NCBI RefSeq assembly: GCF_001194135.2
Contig: NC_068990.1
Span: 2,303,245 to 2,367,244 of the forward strand
Origin: Octopus bimaculoides
Lineage: Eukaryota
Length of the DNA stretch: 64,000 nt
Reading direction: 5' to 3'
The notes beneath the pieces were generated by a model. That model worked only from the letters and a program-made list of their open reading frames with translations. It did no database searches and had not been told where the DNA came from. A program made the position numbers and the translations under genes. Below, piece by piece: positions 26,379-39,739 of the stretch. How positions within the stretch are numbered: position 1 is the stretch's first letter; each line of letters starts with the position of its first letter.

Positions 26379-27494
26379 ATAATAAAAGTTATTATTATAC
26401 TTGCATTTGTTTAAATCTTAACATTGAAAAATACACTTTCCCCGTAAAAAAAAAATTGGACCTGGGTTTGCACGCCCTAAGCAAATTTTGTTCCCGGGCC
26501 AGTGGGAGGAGGAGTGAGTACAGGGTAGGATGAAGTACTGGGAAATTTGGAGAAGTGAGTTGAGTTGACAGGTAAGAAGAGGATGTACTTTAATGGATAA
26601 TTGCCTGCTATTTCTAATTATTTAATCAAGTTGTTCTTACTATTTAGTTGCATGTTATATCTGGTTCGTCCAATATGTAAATAAAAGCTTGTCAAGCGAT
26701 TCTGTTTTCAAGAAATTCTTGTTATATGTGTGTTTTCAGTTTTACAACAGAGTACATGATTTGCGATAAGTTTGGTTAATGTTTGCATGTAAAATACTCT
26801 GAAAGTATATTGTGGGAATCAGAACATGATTTGTAAAGAGGTCATTCGCATGCTATTATGCCATGGAGTGTATAATCACTGAACCCAGAAACATTTTAAA
26901 ACGCTAACAAGCAACTGAAAACAATTGTTTTTGTCTTTTTATTTTTAATAAAAGGGTTGGAAATTTCCGTGAAAGCTTATGGCATTTATTACTTTGAATT
27001 GCACTTGATTTTTAGAGGATATTGCTGTTATTAAGTATATTTAGCCGTACTTATTTTAAAATGAACTGCAATTTTTTTAGAATATTGAATATGTAGGTAT
27101 GTAGGTTATGGAAAACATATTTCATTTACAAAAAAGACAATAAATTACATATCAAAAATGTAACTCGTACACCTCATTTATATAAGTATATATCTATAAA
27201 GAACGTAGAGTGTATGGGCTAGCGTCTATCGATTTTCTGCCTACCTACGTTTATATATATATCTGTGTGTGAAGTTTGTGTATATGTCTCTGTACGTCTG
27301 TGTCGTGTATATATACATACATACATACATACATACATACATACAAACAAACATACATACATACATACATACATATTTCTTACCATATACACAAAACTGA
27401 GATGCATATGCATTAATGAACACGCCTTGAATGCGCGAAATATGTAAATAATGAATAACATATCAAAATGTATATAACATACAGTTATTCTTTT

Positions 27495-27701
27495 AATCTT
27501 TTACACATTTCACTCATTTGACTGCGGCCATACCGCAGCACTACCTTTAGTCAAAGAAATCGACCCGGGACTTATTATTTGTAAGCCTAGTATTTATTTT
27601 ATCGTCCTCTTTCACCGAACCGCTAAGTTAGGCGGCATAAACACACCAACATTAGTTGTGAAGCGATGGTGAAGGGACAAACACAGGCACAAAGACACAC
27701 A

Positions 27702-27757
<56 letters not shown>
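27495..27757 (+). mobile_element. SINE-like repeat, family B, with (CA)n tail
   Basis: CATTTGACTGCGGCCATA..TTTAGTC..AATCGACCCGGGACTTATT..CCGAACCGCTAAGTTA..GGGACAAACAC followed by (CA)n. Confidence 0.85.
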
Positions 27758-27952
27758 NNNNNNNNNNNNNNNNNNNNNNNNNNNNNNNNNNNNNNNNNNN
27801 NNNNNNNNNNNNNNNNNNNNNNNNNNNNNNNNNNNNNNNNNNNNNNNNNNNNNNNNNNNNNNNNNNNNNNNNNNNNNNNNNNNNNNNNNNNNNNNNNNNN
27901 NNNNNNNNNNNNNNNNNNNNNNNNNNNNNNNNNNNNNNNNNNNNNNNNNNNN

Positions 27953-28737
27953 TTAAATTCAGATGCACATATCTCGGCTCAAACAAAACAATTTATTTAT
28001 ACCAGTGGTGTAAAACGTCTGCGTTCTGGTGGCGATGAAGTCGTTGAAGTTCCGTGGAGCTTCGTCGGTGTCCAACCACTGAGCTGAGCGTCGACGGTTG
28101 TCGTAAAGAATCCACTTTTTATCACAAGTCACAATCTGGTCGAGAAACGGGTCGTTCTTCTTGCGTAAAAGAAGGGAAGACGACACCTCAACACGGCGTT
28201 TTTTTTTTTTTTTTGGTTGTCATTCAACTCGTGCGGCACCCATTTCTCAAGTATTCTTGTTTTCCCAATCTCTTTCAAGTTGTTGGAAATTGTCGTATAA
28301 GTTACGTCTAATTCAGAAGCAAGCTCTCGAAGAGTTGTGCGTGGATTGGCTTCGACTAAAGCTCTTAGTTGATCGTAGTCAACATCCGATGGCCGACCAC
28401 TACACTTATCGTCTTCAAGACTCTCGTCACCGCTACGTAACTTCTTGAACCACTATTTTACTATACTTTCATTAGTGGTTTCAGCAGCTTTTCGGCCTAG
28501 CTTGAACTGGAATAAAAAAAATTATGCGAATTAGCTTTTGTCCATGTTGTATTCAACGTTCCGAAAAAAAATGGCCGTATTATTCAAAATGAAAAAGAGT
28601 AACACGGTTAGATAGAGCGAAAAACGGGCTTTAAAATGATATATAAAGTCAAAGTAATTTAACGAAAATTAATTCGAAAATGCATAATTTAAAACCAAAA
28701 TTTAAAATTCCGCAAGAACTTTCTTGACAACCTAATA
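27953..28737 (-). mobile_element. mariner element with 5' TIR and internal deletion of the catalytic core
   Basis: TIR TATTAGGTTGTCAAGAAAGTTCTTGCGGAA (28737-28708), ATG at 28545, FQFKLGRKAAET, SGDESLED..GRPS, WVPHEL (about 28225-28242), FLDQIVTCDKKWILYDN..QWLD, joined directly to the C-terminal NDFIATRTQTFYTTGINKL. Confidence 0.92.
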
Positions 28738-28978
28738 CATTTTGTATTCTAAATATAACTCAAAGAGGAGAAAAAGGAGGAAAGATGAAAAAAGAAGGAA
28801 AGAGGACAAGAAATAAAAGAGTAAGGAAAAAAGAGGGGGAAAGATAAAGAAAGCGAAAAGACTTTCAGTGATGAAAACATCACACTTTTTCTAAGAGGTC
28901 ACCATTCTCTTAAAATGAATGGTGGATAGGAAGGGGGATCCCCCTTCTCTCTCTCCATTCTCTCTCTACATTCTCTCT

Positions 28979-28999
28979 ACCTATCTATCTGTTTGACTG

Positions 29000-29046
<47 letters not shown>

Positions 29047-29060
29047 ATCTATCTACCTAC
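28979..29060. repeat. (CTAT)n tetranucleotide repeat
   Basis: Directly visible. Confidence 0.9.
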
Positions 29061-29333
29061 TTATAATTTTATCTATCTCCACTGTCTTGGTACCTCACAC
29101 CCACAACACAAAATCAATGTACTCATCTTCTAAACAACCACTCCCACCAAACATCTGTTTTATATGAATGAACAAGCTGTTTATACATTCACAAGATTAT
29201 ATTTGGCAAGTTCGAGAAACGAACGAGACCGCTTAAAATAATGAAGAAAGAAATGATTTTTCTTGTCTAAAATTCTGACGACACTTTTTCTCCGTATATA
29301 TGTGTGTGTATGTGTATGTGTGTGTATACGTAA

Positions 29334-29416
<83 letters not shown>

Positions 29417-30574
29417 GAGAGAGAGGTGATAGATATATGTGTTCATATATCTATATTCTTTTGCATGTGTTTGTGTGTTATTTATCTCTAGTTCTGATTG
29501 CAAGTTCAGGTGTACTTTGTGGCTCAATGTATATTAGTACATATGGTTTGGTATGTGCATATATTTGCTTCGTACCACGGTGAAGAGATACATGTATATT
29601 TTATGTGTCTATGTATTCTGTCTGCATATGGATAAAAATTCATACATATATATGCATACGTGTATAAACATAAATATACATATAAGCACACACAGACATA
29701 TACACATATATAAACACATAAGAATATATACGTTTAAATGCGTATACTTTTGCGAGCAGCATGTTTTCCTTTGTACGTAATGTTGATAGTCTATGTAAAC
29801 TCATACACATATGCGTGTATACATACATATGCGTACGTGTGTATGTGTGTGAGTTTGTGTACGTATGCATTTTTGTATGTTTTTATGTATGTACACGTGT
29901 AGGTAACCTATATTTATATGTATGGTTCTGAATTTATTATTGTCATTATTATGAATATAAATAGCTTTAACCTTCCCATTTATTATATACATATCATTAT
30001 ATCTTATATGTAAGATTTTGACAAAGTGTGTATACATGAGAATATGCATGTATTTACCTACAGTTCTCTCTCTCTGTATATGTGTGTCTCTTTTCTGCCT
30101 GTCTGTATGTGTTTTTTTCTTATTAGACCTTCATATGTAGGTTTATATATATGTACATATACTATATATGCATATGTGGGTGTTATCCTACAATGTGTGC
30201 TCTCATGTATATTTGCCTCTGTTTATAGTTAGCATTGAATGATTTCAACTGCTGATTCCATCATCATTGGACACTTAATATAGACATACATACATACATA
30301 CATGCATACATACATACACAGATATATACACACATAATTGTGTATCTGTATGTATGTATGTAAATTAATGAAAACAGCTGTTTGCAACGTTATACCGTAA
30401 AGGAAAATTATAGTCGTCAACTTAACTTCACTAAAGGAGTGAATAATGTATTGCTAGATCTAGCTCAAATGCTCCAATGCTGTTACAAAGCACATAGCAC
30501 ACGCTCTGATAGGAGCTGCAATCGACCCGAACACCGAACCGATGATTCCTTAGACTGAACGCCCATATATATAG

Positions 30575-31130
30575 GAAAATTTTTCCCTTGAGATGTTTCT
30601 TCAGTTGTGCAAAGAGATGAGAGTCGGAGGGGACCAAATCAGCGAGTGAGCTGAGTGGTCTACCAATTCGAATTCAACGTCGTGTACTTTCCGTAGAGTT
30701 TCATGTACTGTTTCTGCTGTTGCAATGTACTGCAAAAACAGGACACCACAACTCAGCCTTCTACGGCGTTTTTGCTTCCAAGCTACACGCAGTTCGTCCA
30801 ACAGAGACATGTAGTACATTGCATCGATGGTGCCATCCTTTAGCATGTATTGTATGAGAAGTATTCGGTTTTGTCCCAGAACACTGAAGCCAAAATCTTT
30901 CCAGTTGATGTCTGTGCCCAAACCTCCCTGGGATGCGGTGAACCGCTGTGACACCACTCCAGCAATTGCTGATTTGTTAAGTGATCATAATAAGGAAGCC
31001 AAGTTTCAACCATGGTGATTGAACGAGCCATAAAATCAGCTTCTTCCGCTGCAAACCGGTGCAAATTCGCCTTTAACGTCGTTACTCTTATGCGCTTCTG
31101 ATCCGCATTCAAGCATTTCAGCACCGAAAC
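30575..31130 (-). mobile_element. mariner transposase core, frameshifted and catalytically decayed
   Basis: LNADQKRIRV..ITMVETWLPYYD..EWCHSGSPHP..STGKILASVFWD / ILLIQYMLKDGTIDAMYYMSLLDELR..KRRRRLSCGVLFLQ..FELVDHSAHS / DLVPSDSHLFAQLKKHLKG. The first catalytic D reads V. Confidence 0.9.
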
Positions 31131-31725
31131 TCCTATTAAAATATATATGTTATTATATGCATATATATATATGTATTATCCGGGCGGATACCTTGGTAGC
31201 TCTCAGTTATTTTCCAGATTACGGCTATCCGCATCGATTAGTATACAACGTTTATGGTTAGTAAGTTTTGTCACTCTCGTTTAAACTCCTGCGATGGGTA
31301 ATTCCGTTTTCACTTCACTGGATCGTAATAGCACTTGCTGTGCTTATTAGCAATAATTATAATGATAATAATGATATGGTACATCCACAAAATTTATGAA
31401 CGTTATTTTTCAATTTCGTACAGCATATTTTTATGGTTATTATGACACACACGTGTTTCCCGTGCACAGAGTAGGGACATAATTTTCAGCGCCGCTTCGT
31501 TCAGAGTCTTACTCTATGAACTGAAAACACGTGTAGGTCGTCATTACCGTAAAAAGGTAATACATTTTGAGGATGTACCAGTCTTCATATTCTCTATCGC
31601 TTTATATATATATATACACTCACGTACACATACACAAATACATGCATGTATGTATGTATACACACATATATATCCATATATATATAAATATTCACACGCA
31701 CACACACACACATACACACACACAT

Positions 31726-31794
<69 letters not shown>

Positions 31795-32324
31795 AGTGTG
31801 AACATGTGTATATGATCTGCTGGATGCGTTGTTATTCGCTTAGTATTTATTTATTTATGTGTTTTAGCCAAGTGGCTGCGGTCATGCTGGTGCACCACCG
31901 TGAGATATTAATATTTATATTTTCTGGTTATGTCGTACCGATCATTGGAGACCATGTTATACTTGCGGACCATGAAACCATTAATGATCTGCGACTAAAC
32001 CTATTTTTAAAGGAACTTCTATGTTCATTCCCTCGATTTCGTTGCTTGTGTATATTTATTTAAGTAGTTTGACTTTAGAGTCCTGTAGCAGCGCGAGGCG
32101 TTACTTACAGTAATAGCCCTTTATATAATAATGTATTCTATAATTAAGGAAAAAAAAATTATATACTTTATATTAATTTTTTCCTCGATTGGTTTTGCAC
32201 GCTGGCTACTTGATAAATCTTATATAGATTTTATCCTTATATTATATATAAGGTTACAAGGTAACGTCGTGGATGTCGTTGGCGATTTTTTCTTCCTCCG
32301 TCTTCCCCTCTTTGGACTTTCCTA

Positions 32325-32360
32325 TGTTTCCGACGAAGAGCTCCGCTCGAAACGTCAAAT
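32325..32360 (+). ncRNA. Minimal hammerhead-ribozyme-like motif of the Penelope pLTR type
   Basis: TTT-CCGACGA-A-[GAGC-TCC-GCTC]-GAAA-C-GTC-AAA: core CUGANGA variant with U4->C, 4-bp stem II, GAAA, GUC cleavage triplet, and TTT/AAA stem I. Confidence 0.55.
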
Positions 32361-32458
32361 TCTCTTTCTTTTCCTGTGCGTCCAGTAACACAATATCTGT
32401 ATCACGTCCTTGCGTTGTTGTTTTTTGTTGTTTTTTTTTGTTGTTTTTCTTTCTTGAA

Positions 32459-32499
<41 letters not shown>

Positions 32500-34759
32500 A
32501 ATGGAGCAAAACTCATGACAATAAAAGTTCCTTTAAGTCCTACATATGTTTCGAAATAAATGAGAGTACTTTCACAAAGAAGAAAGAGCTCTGGTAACTA
32601 TTAACGTATTTAAATTATCGAAAGCTTTAATAACTGAGATAATATTAATATATACATAAACTAATATATATATATATATATATATGAGCGTATGTATTTC
32701 GGTCTGTGCTTATATGTGTGTTTTAATTCGCAGTGTATCTACCTATTGTACAAAAAATTCAAAATGGTTTACCTTTACTTTCCGATTCTCATAAGGAAAT
32801 AAATAAGTCTTAGAAATTTGGAAAAATGCGAACACATATTTTGAAGGGGGGAAATTTATTTATTATTGCAAATCGTTTAGTCTTATGCTATAAAAAATTA
32901 AATAAAGTAATCCATGTAAACGGTTAGATGTTCAATTGGTCATAAAGACATTAAACTTATTGCATAAGTTTCGTTAGAGTTGTGTGTTCCTACAAAATCC
33001 GTAATGCAATGATGCGCCCACGCACTTAACTATGATGACACACGTACATACGCAACATAACTACATGCATTAGTAGACTACATGCATTAGATTAGTATTA
33101 TCAGGTCTATGTGTTTTCTGTTCTAAAATATGGCTTGTATAAAATGATGAATCAACAATACTTAGGGGTATATTAGGAAAAATATGGAAGTAATATTGAA
33201 AACAATATTTATGTGTTTTAAGTAAAGAAAGAGAGATAGTGGGTCCATTGGATTGTTAGAAATAATTATATTTGTCAAAGTAGCTCTAACAAACATGTAT
33301 GGAATAGAAAACAGGTAGAGTTATAACTCAATCTCATAGAAATATATATGAATTTAAGCATTGCTATTGAGGCATCGAACATGCCATCAATAGGCAGCTA
33401 CGTAAACTGCCCAGCTGAAAATTTTCATTGTGTTTTTTTTGTCTAAAGAATAGCTTTATTTATAAGAGGCAAAAGAGGTTTCAATGTTGAAGGTATAAAA
33501 TTTAAAATTACAAGACCTCTTGTTTCTAATATATCTTCGCAAGAAACAAATGACTTATCAAATTACTTTTAATTACGTCGTGAAACTCCTTTACACTTTT
33601 ACTTGTTTCATTCTGCTTTCTGTGACAATACTAAAGCGGTTCCACTGAAAATTAAGTTGGGTACCATCAACACAACACGAGGTCCTAACCATTAGGCTAT
33701 CATGACGCCGACACCAAAGATCTTTTACCACCTGCTACCTACACTAAACTTCCAAATATTGGATTCTACCATTTAAATGTGCTTTAACATTGGGATCATA
33801 TATTCAGAACTAAACTCCAATTACTCATCCTTCATTGAGCGGTACTTTAATATTGAAAATTCACTCTTATATATGGTATAAATTTTTCTTGAGTAGGTGC
33901 TTGACTCGTTTTCCAACTTTAAATGCATTGTTTTATGAAGTAACTTACATTCTATTGCTGTATATGCTGTTTGATTTAATTTCTGCTGTAGATTTGTATA
34001 TGAGTACGTAAGTGAATACTCTTAAGTGATGCTTGATAACGTTATATACATATTAAGTATATACATGTTGAATTATATATATATATATATATATNNNNNN
34101 NNNNNNNNNNNNNNNNNNNNNNNNNNNNNNNNNNNNNNNNNNNNNNNNNNNNNNNNNNNNNNNNNNNNNNNNNNNNNNNNNNNNNNNNNNNNNNNNNNNN
34201 NNNNNNNNNNNNNNNNNNNNNNNNNNNNNNNNNNNNNNNNNNNNNNNNNNNNNNNNNNNNNNNNNNNNNNNNNNNNNNNNNNNNNNNNNNNNNNNNNNNN
34301 NNNNNNNNNNNNNNNNNNNNNNNNNNNNNNNNNNNNNNNNNNNNNNNNNNNNATAATAATAATAATTATATATAACAAGGGCGTTTTTTAAGCATCAGCT
34401 TTGCTAAAAACAGGAGTCAAAATACTCCGAAGCCACAAAAATTAACAGTAGACTTTCACAAGCATGGTTGGAAAACAACTAAGTGAAATAAAGATTGCAT
34501 ATTACCACTGCAGAATTGCAAGAAGGAATGTTAGTTAACTCGCTATCATAATTTCGAATCTAGCACCAAAAAACACTTGATTCTCCACAGCCAAGTTTGC
34601 TAGTAACAGACTTATATATCCTTTCAACCTATGCCGTGCTCGTTTCAATGCCCAAACCGCATTGAGTAAAACGAATTAAGCGAATACAATATTTTAAAAA
34701 CTATATACAGAACAAATCAACAAATGTCAACGTCCTCACCGACTAAACCAAAAAGCTGC

Positions 34760-35560
34760 TTCAGTACCATATCATAAATGAATTCTAGAAAGCCAATCTT
34801 GGTTTACGATTATTGTTTTGGGGTTAAAAAAAATCTGATCCCCTCCCTATTCGACGTATCTATGGAAAGCTATAATGGAGCTCAGATTGCTGATCTATTT
34901 ATCCTGGGTAGTCTAAGGAATCGCACCCGCCACCATAGTTTGACTTGGCAATTTCAAGACATAGGAGCTGCTTGCCATGCCATGTACAAGTTCAAGAAAT
35001 ATCTGATAAAATCGTCAAAGAATTCGGTCACTTCGAATTCCATAAAGTCGACATCCAAAATGTAGCCTTATACCTGAAGACGGGCAAGTACTAACCTTAC
35101 AGGAAGCCCTACAAGGTAACCGTGTGCATCTACAGAAACTGCCTTCCAGCTATAATTAGAAACCTAATCACAAACTTAAGTTGAAAACTTTCAAGAGAGC
35201 CGCTCCCAATTATTATTAGGTATCAACGAGAAGTGGTTCATGGAAAAGTTAGTACATATAGACACATCATCCCTTTCCGGTACCCGAAGAGAAACAGAAG
35301 GAGAAAGAAAATCTGGATCAATCTTCTGTTTAACTTAACCGTTACAACCAACATAGTTAGAAACCCCTTGTATTATAAACTTTTCAAACTCTACAGCGTG
35401 AAGGTCAGTTACTCCTGCTTAGTAAACATTGCTTCTAATATTGACCGCTATATTAGACGCAAACACACGCCTGCACAACCTTCAATATACAACTCAATCT
35501 GCAATATGAGAAATCTTACCTACTGCCTACTGGGAGGATCATGCTTCTCAAAGACCTGTA
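34760..35560 (+). mobile_element. Penelope-like element (FDVTMGSYDGAE type, tentatively Naiad group), decayed and internally deleted
   Basis: NSRKPIL..KK..LFDVSMESYNGAQIADL; YLKTGKY*PYRKP; RRKKIWINLLFNLTVTTNI..KVSYSCLVNIASNI..CNMRNLTYCLLGGSC (consensus-like RKIIWFNPP, VSYSCMPN and CNCR..CPLxGxC). Confidence 0.8.
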
Positions 35561-35879
35561 GAGTCACTCTCAAACAATCCGAAGGCATTACAAGACATTG
35601 CACGGCAATGGCAGCCGATGGCTCGACGGGAAGTTTTGTACAGTTTATATATGTAAAGACTCTTCTTTGTGTATAAAATGTTACACACTTTTATATATTT
35701 TAAAAATATTTTATGTCTTATGACCTAATTAAGCATACTAACCACTGGTTATGAATTATTTTAATTTATTACCCTCATATTTACGATAGTAATATTTATA
35801 ATTCAAAGGCTATATAGGACACAGTTTTAAATTTATTTACTACTGGACTATATATTTACGCTCGCACACTACGTCCGAA

Positions 35880-36055
35880 TCTATAATAGATAAAAATGTA
35901 GCTATAATGGATAAAGATGTAAACATATAATGGATAAATATATAATGGATAAAGATATAATGGATAAAGATGTAGCTATAATGGATAAAGATGTAAATTT
36001 ATCCATCTATAAAGGAGCAAGATGTAAAGTTCGAATCTATAACGGATAAAGATGC
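35880..36055. repeat. Minisatellite with core TATAATGGATAAAGAT(GTA), one copy inverted
   Basis: About seven direct copies plus TTTATCCATCTATA (about 35998-36011) in the opposite orientation. Confidence 0.85.
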
Positions 36056-37532
36056 TGCGCACGTGTTTTCGGTGCATATTTGAAACAACATGGCTATTCA
36101 TTAATTAGCTTTTTCGCAGATGAGCCACAGATCCCAAATTAATTTATTTGAGCAATTAATGGCAAAAATCGCGTCCGGGATTAACTAACGCATGTTTTGT
36201 TCTAGTGTTCTTAGTGTTATATCGGCGTGCCTCATGAATTCTCTTTTTCGTGGTTTAGGTTTTAACTGGCGCTTTTAATATATAAGGAATCCTATAAATG
36301 GAATACTCTTTGTGTATAAAATGTTTTATACACTTTCATACTTTTAAAAATACGTTGTCTTATGACTTTATATATATATATATNNNNNNNNNNNNNNNNN
36401 NNNNNNNNNNNNNNNNNNNNNNNNNNNNNNNNNNNNNNNNNNNNNNNNNNNNNNNNNNNNNNNNNNNNNNNNNNNNNNNNNNNNNNNNNNNNNNNNNNNN
36501 NNNNNNNNNNNNNNNNNNNNNNNNNNNNNNNNNNNNNNNNNNNNNNNNNNNNNNNNNNNNNNNNNNNNNNNNNNNNNNNNNNNNNNNNNNNNNNNNNNNN
36601 NNNNNNNNNNNNNNNNNNNNNNNNNNNNNNNNNNNNNNNNNNNNNNNNNNNNNNNNNNNNNNNNNNNNNNNNNNNNNNNNNNNNNNNNNNNNNNNNNNNN
36701 NNNNNNNNNNNNNNNNNNNNNNNNNNNNNNNNNNNNNNNNNNNNNNNNNNNNNNNNNNNNNNNNNNNNNNNNNNNNNNNNNNNNNNNNNNNNNNNNNNNN
36801 NNNNNNNNNNNNNNNNNNNNNNNNNNNNNNNNNNNNNNNNNNNNNNNNNNNNNNNNNNNNNNNNNNNNNNNNNNNNNNNNNNNNNNNNNNNNNNNNNNNN
36901 NNNNNNNNNNNNNNNNNNNNNNNNNNNNNNNNNNNNNNNNNNNNNNNNNNNNNNNNNNNNNNNNNNNNNNNNNNNNNNNNNNNNNNNNNNNNNNNNNNNN
37001 NNNNNNNNNNNNNNNNNNNNNNNNNNNNNNNNNNNNNNNNNNNNNNNNNNNNNNNNNNNNNNNNNNNNNNNNNNNNNNNNNNNNNNNNNNNNNNNNNNNN
37101 NNNNNNNNNNNNNNNNNNNNNNNNNNNNNNNNNNNNNNNNNNNNNNNNNNNNNNNNNNNNNNNNNNNNNNNNNNNNNNNNNNNNNNNNNNNNNNNNNNNN
37201 NNNNNNNNNNNNNNNNNNNNNNNNNNNNNNNNNNNNNNNNNNNNNNNNNNNNNNNNNNNNNNNNNNNNNNNNNNNNNNNNNNNNNNNNNNNNNNNNNNNN
37301 NNNNNNNNNNNNNNNNNNNNNNNNNNNNNNNNNNNNNNNNNNNNNNNNNNNNNNNNNATATATATGTATGTATGTATGTGCGTATGTATGTGTATGTGTG
37401 TGTATTTATGTATGTATGTATGTATGCATGCTTGTATGTATGCATGCATGTATGTATGCATGCATGTATGCATGACTATATATGCGTATATATATGTGCA
37501 TGTGTGTTTGCGCGTGTGTATGCATGTGTGCG

Positions 37533-37586
<54 letters not shown>

Positions 37587-38562
37587 ATACACATAACACT
37601 ATGGAAATCATCTGAATCCATATAACTCCTTAGAACTCTTTAAAACTTCCGGCTTTATTCAAAACACATATCTAATCAATGGCTAAGGAAATAGAGTTGG
37701 TAAAAATATGTTCCTATATAATATCTTGAGTGGAGATATATGTAAAATCACTGGTGTTTCTTTAGAAATTAACAAGTAATGCAATTAGTTAGCACTATTT
37801 TCAGAATTATGTGTACCAAATCATAAAACATCCTGCATAGATAATACTCAGTCTTATGTAACTTCATTTATGCTACTCTCGACTGCCTTTCTACAATTTC
37901 CCTGCTGCAGGAGAAATATAGCTATCGAGTTGTCGGTTAAATGTCACTTTATGCTGTTCTTATTTTTCAAGTATATTTCTCCCACTCTTTCGGTATCCCT
38001 AACTCTTAAATATGTCGGCTATAAACATTAGTGCTCTTCAGGAAACGTTTACGGCTATCGTTATTTTTACCTGTCATATAATGTGCTGATGTCTTGATTT
38101 AAATCTGGTGGTGTATTTTGCTCTTAAAAATAATGAAAAAAAAAAAAAAAAAATAATGGACGCTATAATGTTCAGAAAAAATGAATGTGATGTATGTTTG
38201 TACATTAGCCTGCGGGTGCTCGAGTGTGTGAGTGTAAGCTTTTATTTCTTTGCATGTGAATGTATTTCAGAGTAACTGGAAGTTGAACGCACTAAGCGAA
38301 TGCAAAATAGTGAAGCAAAAGTGCGAGAGAAGAATAAATGTAGTTGAAGATATAAAAGTCAAAGAAGGAAAGAAAAATGGATTAAGTCAAATTAATGGTT
38401 GCTATGGAATTATTATGTAGTGAGTAGAATAAGAATAGTTTGAGAGAGCAGAACAAAAATGTGTAAAGAAATGACAGATAATGAGAAGTAAAATAAAAGC
38501 CATATTAAAGAAACAAGTGATCGGAAGAGATTGAGAGAGGGAGAAATTGAGAGAGAGAGGGG

Positions 38563-38622
<60 letters not shown>

Positions 38623-39739
38623 GAGAGTGAAAGCAAGCGAGTGTGTGTGAGAGAGAGAGAAGGAGTGAAGACAAGAGAGTGCATTAGAGAGAGAGAGAGA
38701 GAAAGAGAAAGAGTGAAGAAGAGAGATGTAAAAGGAAATAATATTGAAAGTCAACCGGAGAAATGAAAAGAATTTAAAATGGACAAAAAGGAAAGCAGGT
38801 GTATTAGATATACCATTAAGACAATAAATGGAAAGATTGTGCAAAGAAAAGAAAAGAAGAAAGACTGGGTTTATTCGTTTGTCTTTTGTCTGTGCATATG
38901 TGTGCTTTATTTCGTTGTAGCACATCTAGATTTTAGCACTAGTATAGTGAGATGTTCTCATTGGTGCAATTACTACGTATTCTTGCTACTTATAACCACT
39001 GTATGGAATTTGGTATTGTTCGCCAAGCAGAAAGCATAGTACTGAAGCCTGTTCTGTAGTCTAACAGCTGAATATGCTCACAGTTATTTTAGCAGACGTT
39101 GTAGAATTGTATTCATAAAAGGCATTGTCCAATTATACAGAAGAACATGGTTCAGTGCAAATTGTTTGTGAAACAGTGTATATGACGATTTTTAGTTGTA
39201 TTAAGGCACCGTCTGGTAAAATATCATAGCAAAAATAAAAAAAGGGATACAATTTTAAATATTTACAAACAATATTTGAGAGAAGAGAAAAAAACATGTA
39301 TCAGCATATTTAATGCACAATGCAATGAAAAATCAAAAATATTATATATGCGGTGAGAGAAATAAAAAAACGGTGTTAATGTCTCATGCCACATACAGTT
39401 TAATTTTCATACTTAGTTCGCATTCATTCTGAATTCCTCAGCCATGAATGTATCGGGCACACATTTTAGAGTAACTACAAAGAGAATCACTGAATCACCT
39501 CAGCCATGTACATATGCATATATATAAATATATGTATATATCTATGATTCCATATATGTGTATATGTATGTAACTGTAGTGCCTTTTCGACTAATAAACA
39601 CTGTGTGTGTGTGCATGTGTTTGTTATATATAAAGTATATAATTACATGTATGTAAAGTGTATATTATATTCTATTATGCCTGTAATATATTTGCGCTTT
39701 ATTTCCAGTCATGCGTCACTAAACGTTCGATAATCTCGA

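Noticed and set aside
30575-31130. Possibility of an active or domesticated transposase among the mariner relics
   Set aside because: Every copy has frameshifts, stops, or lost catalytic residues.
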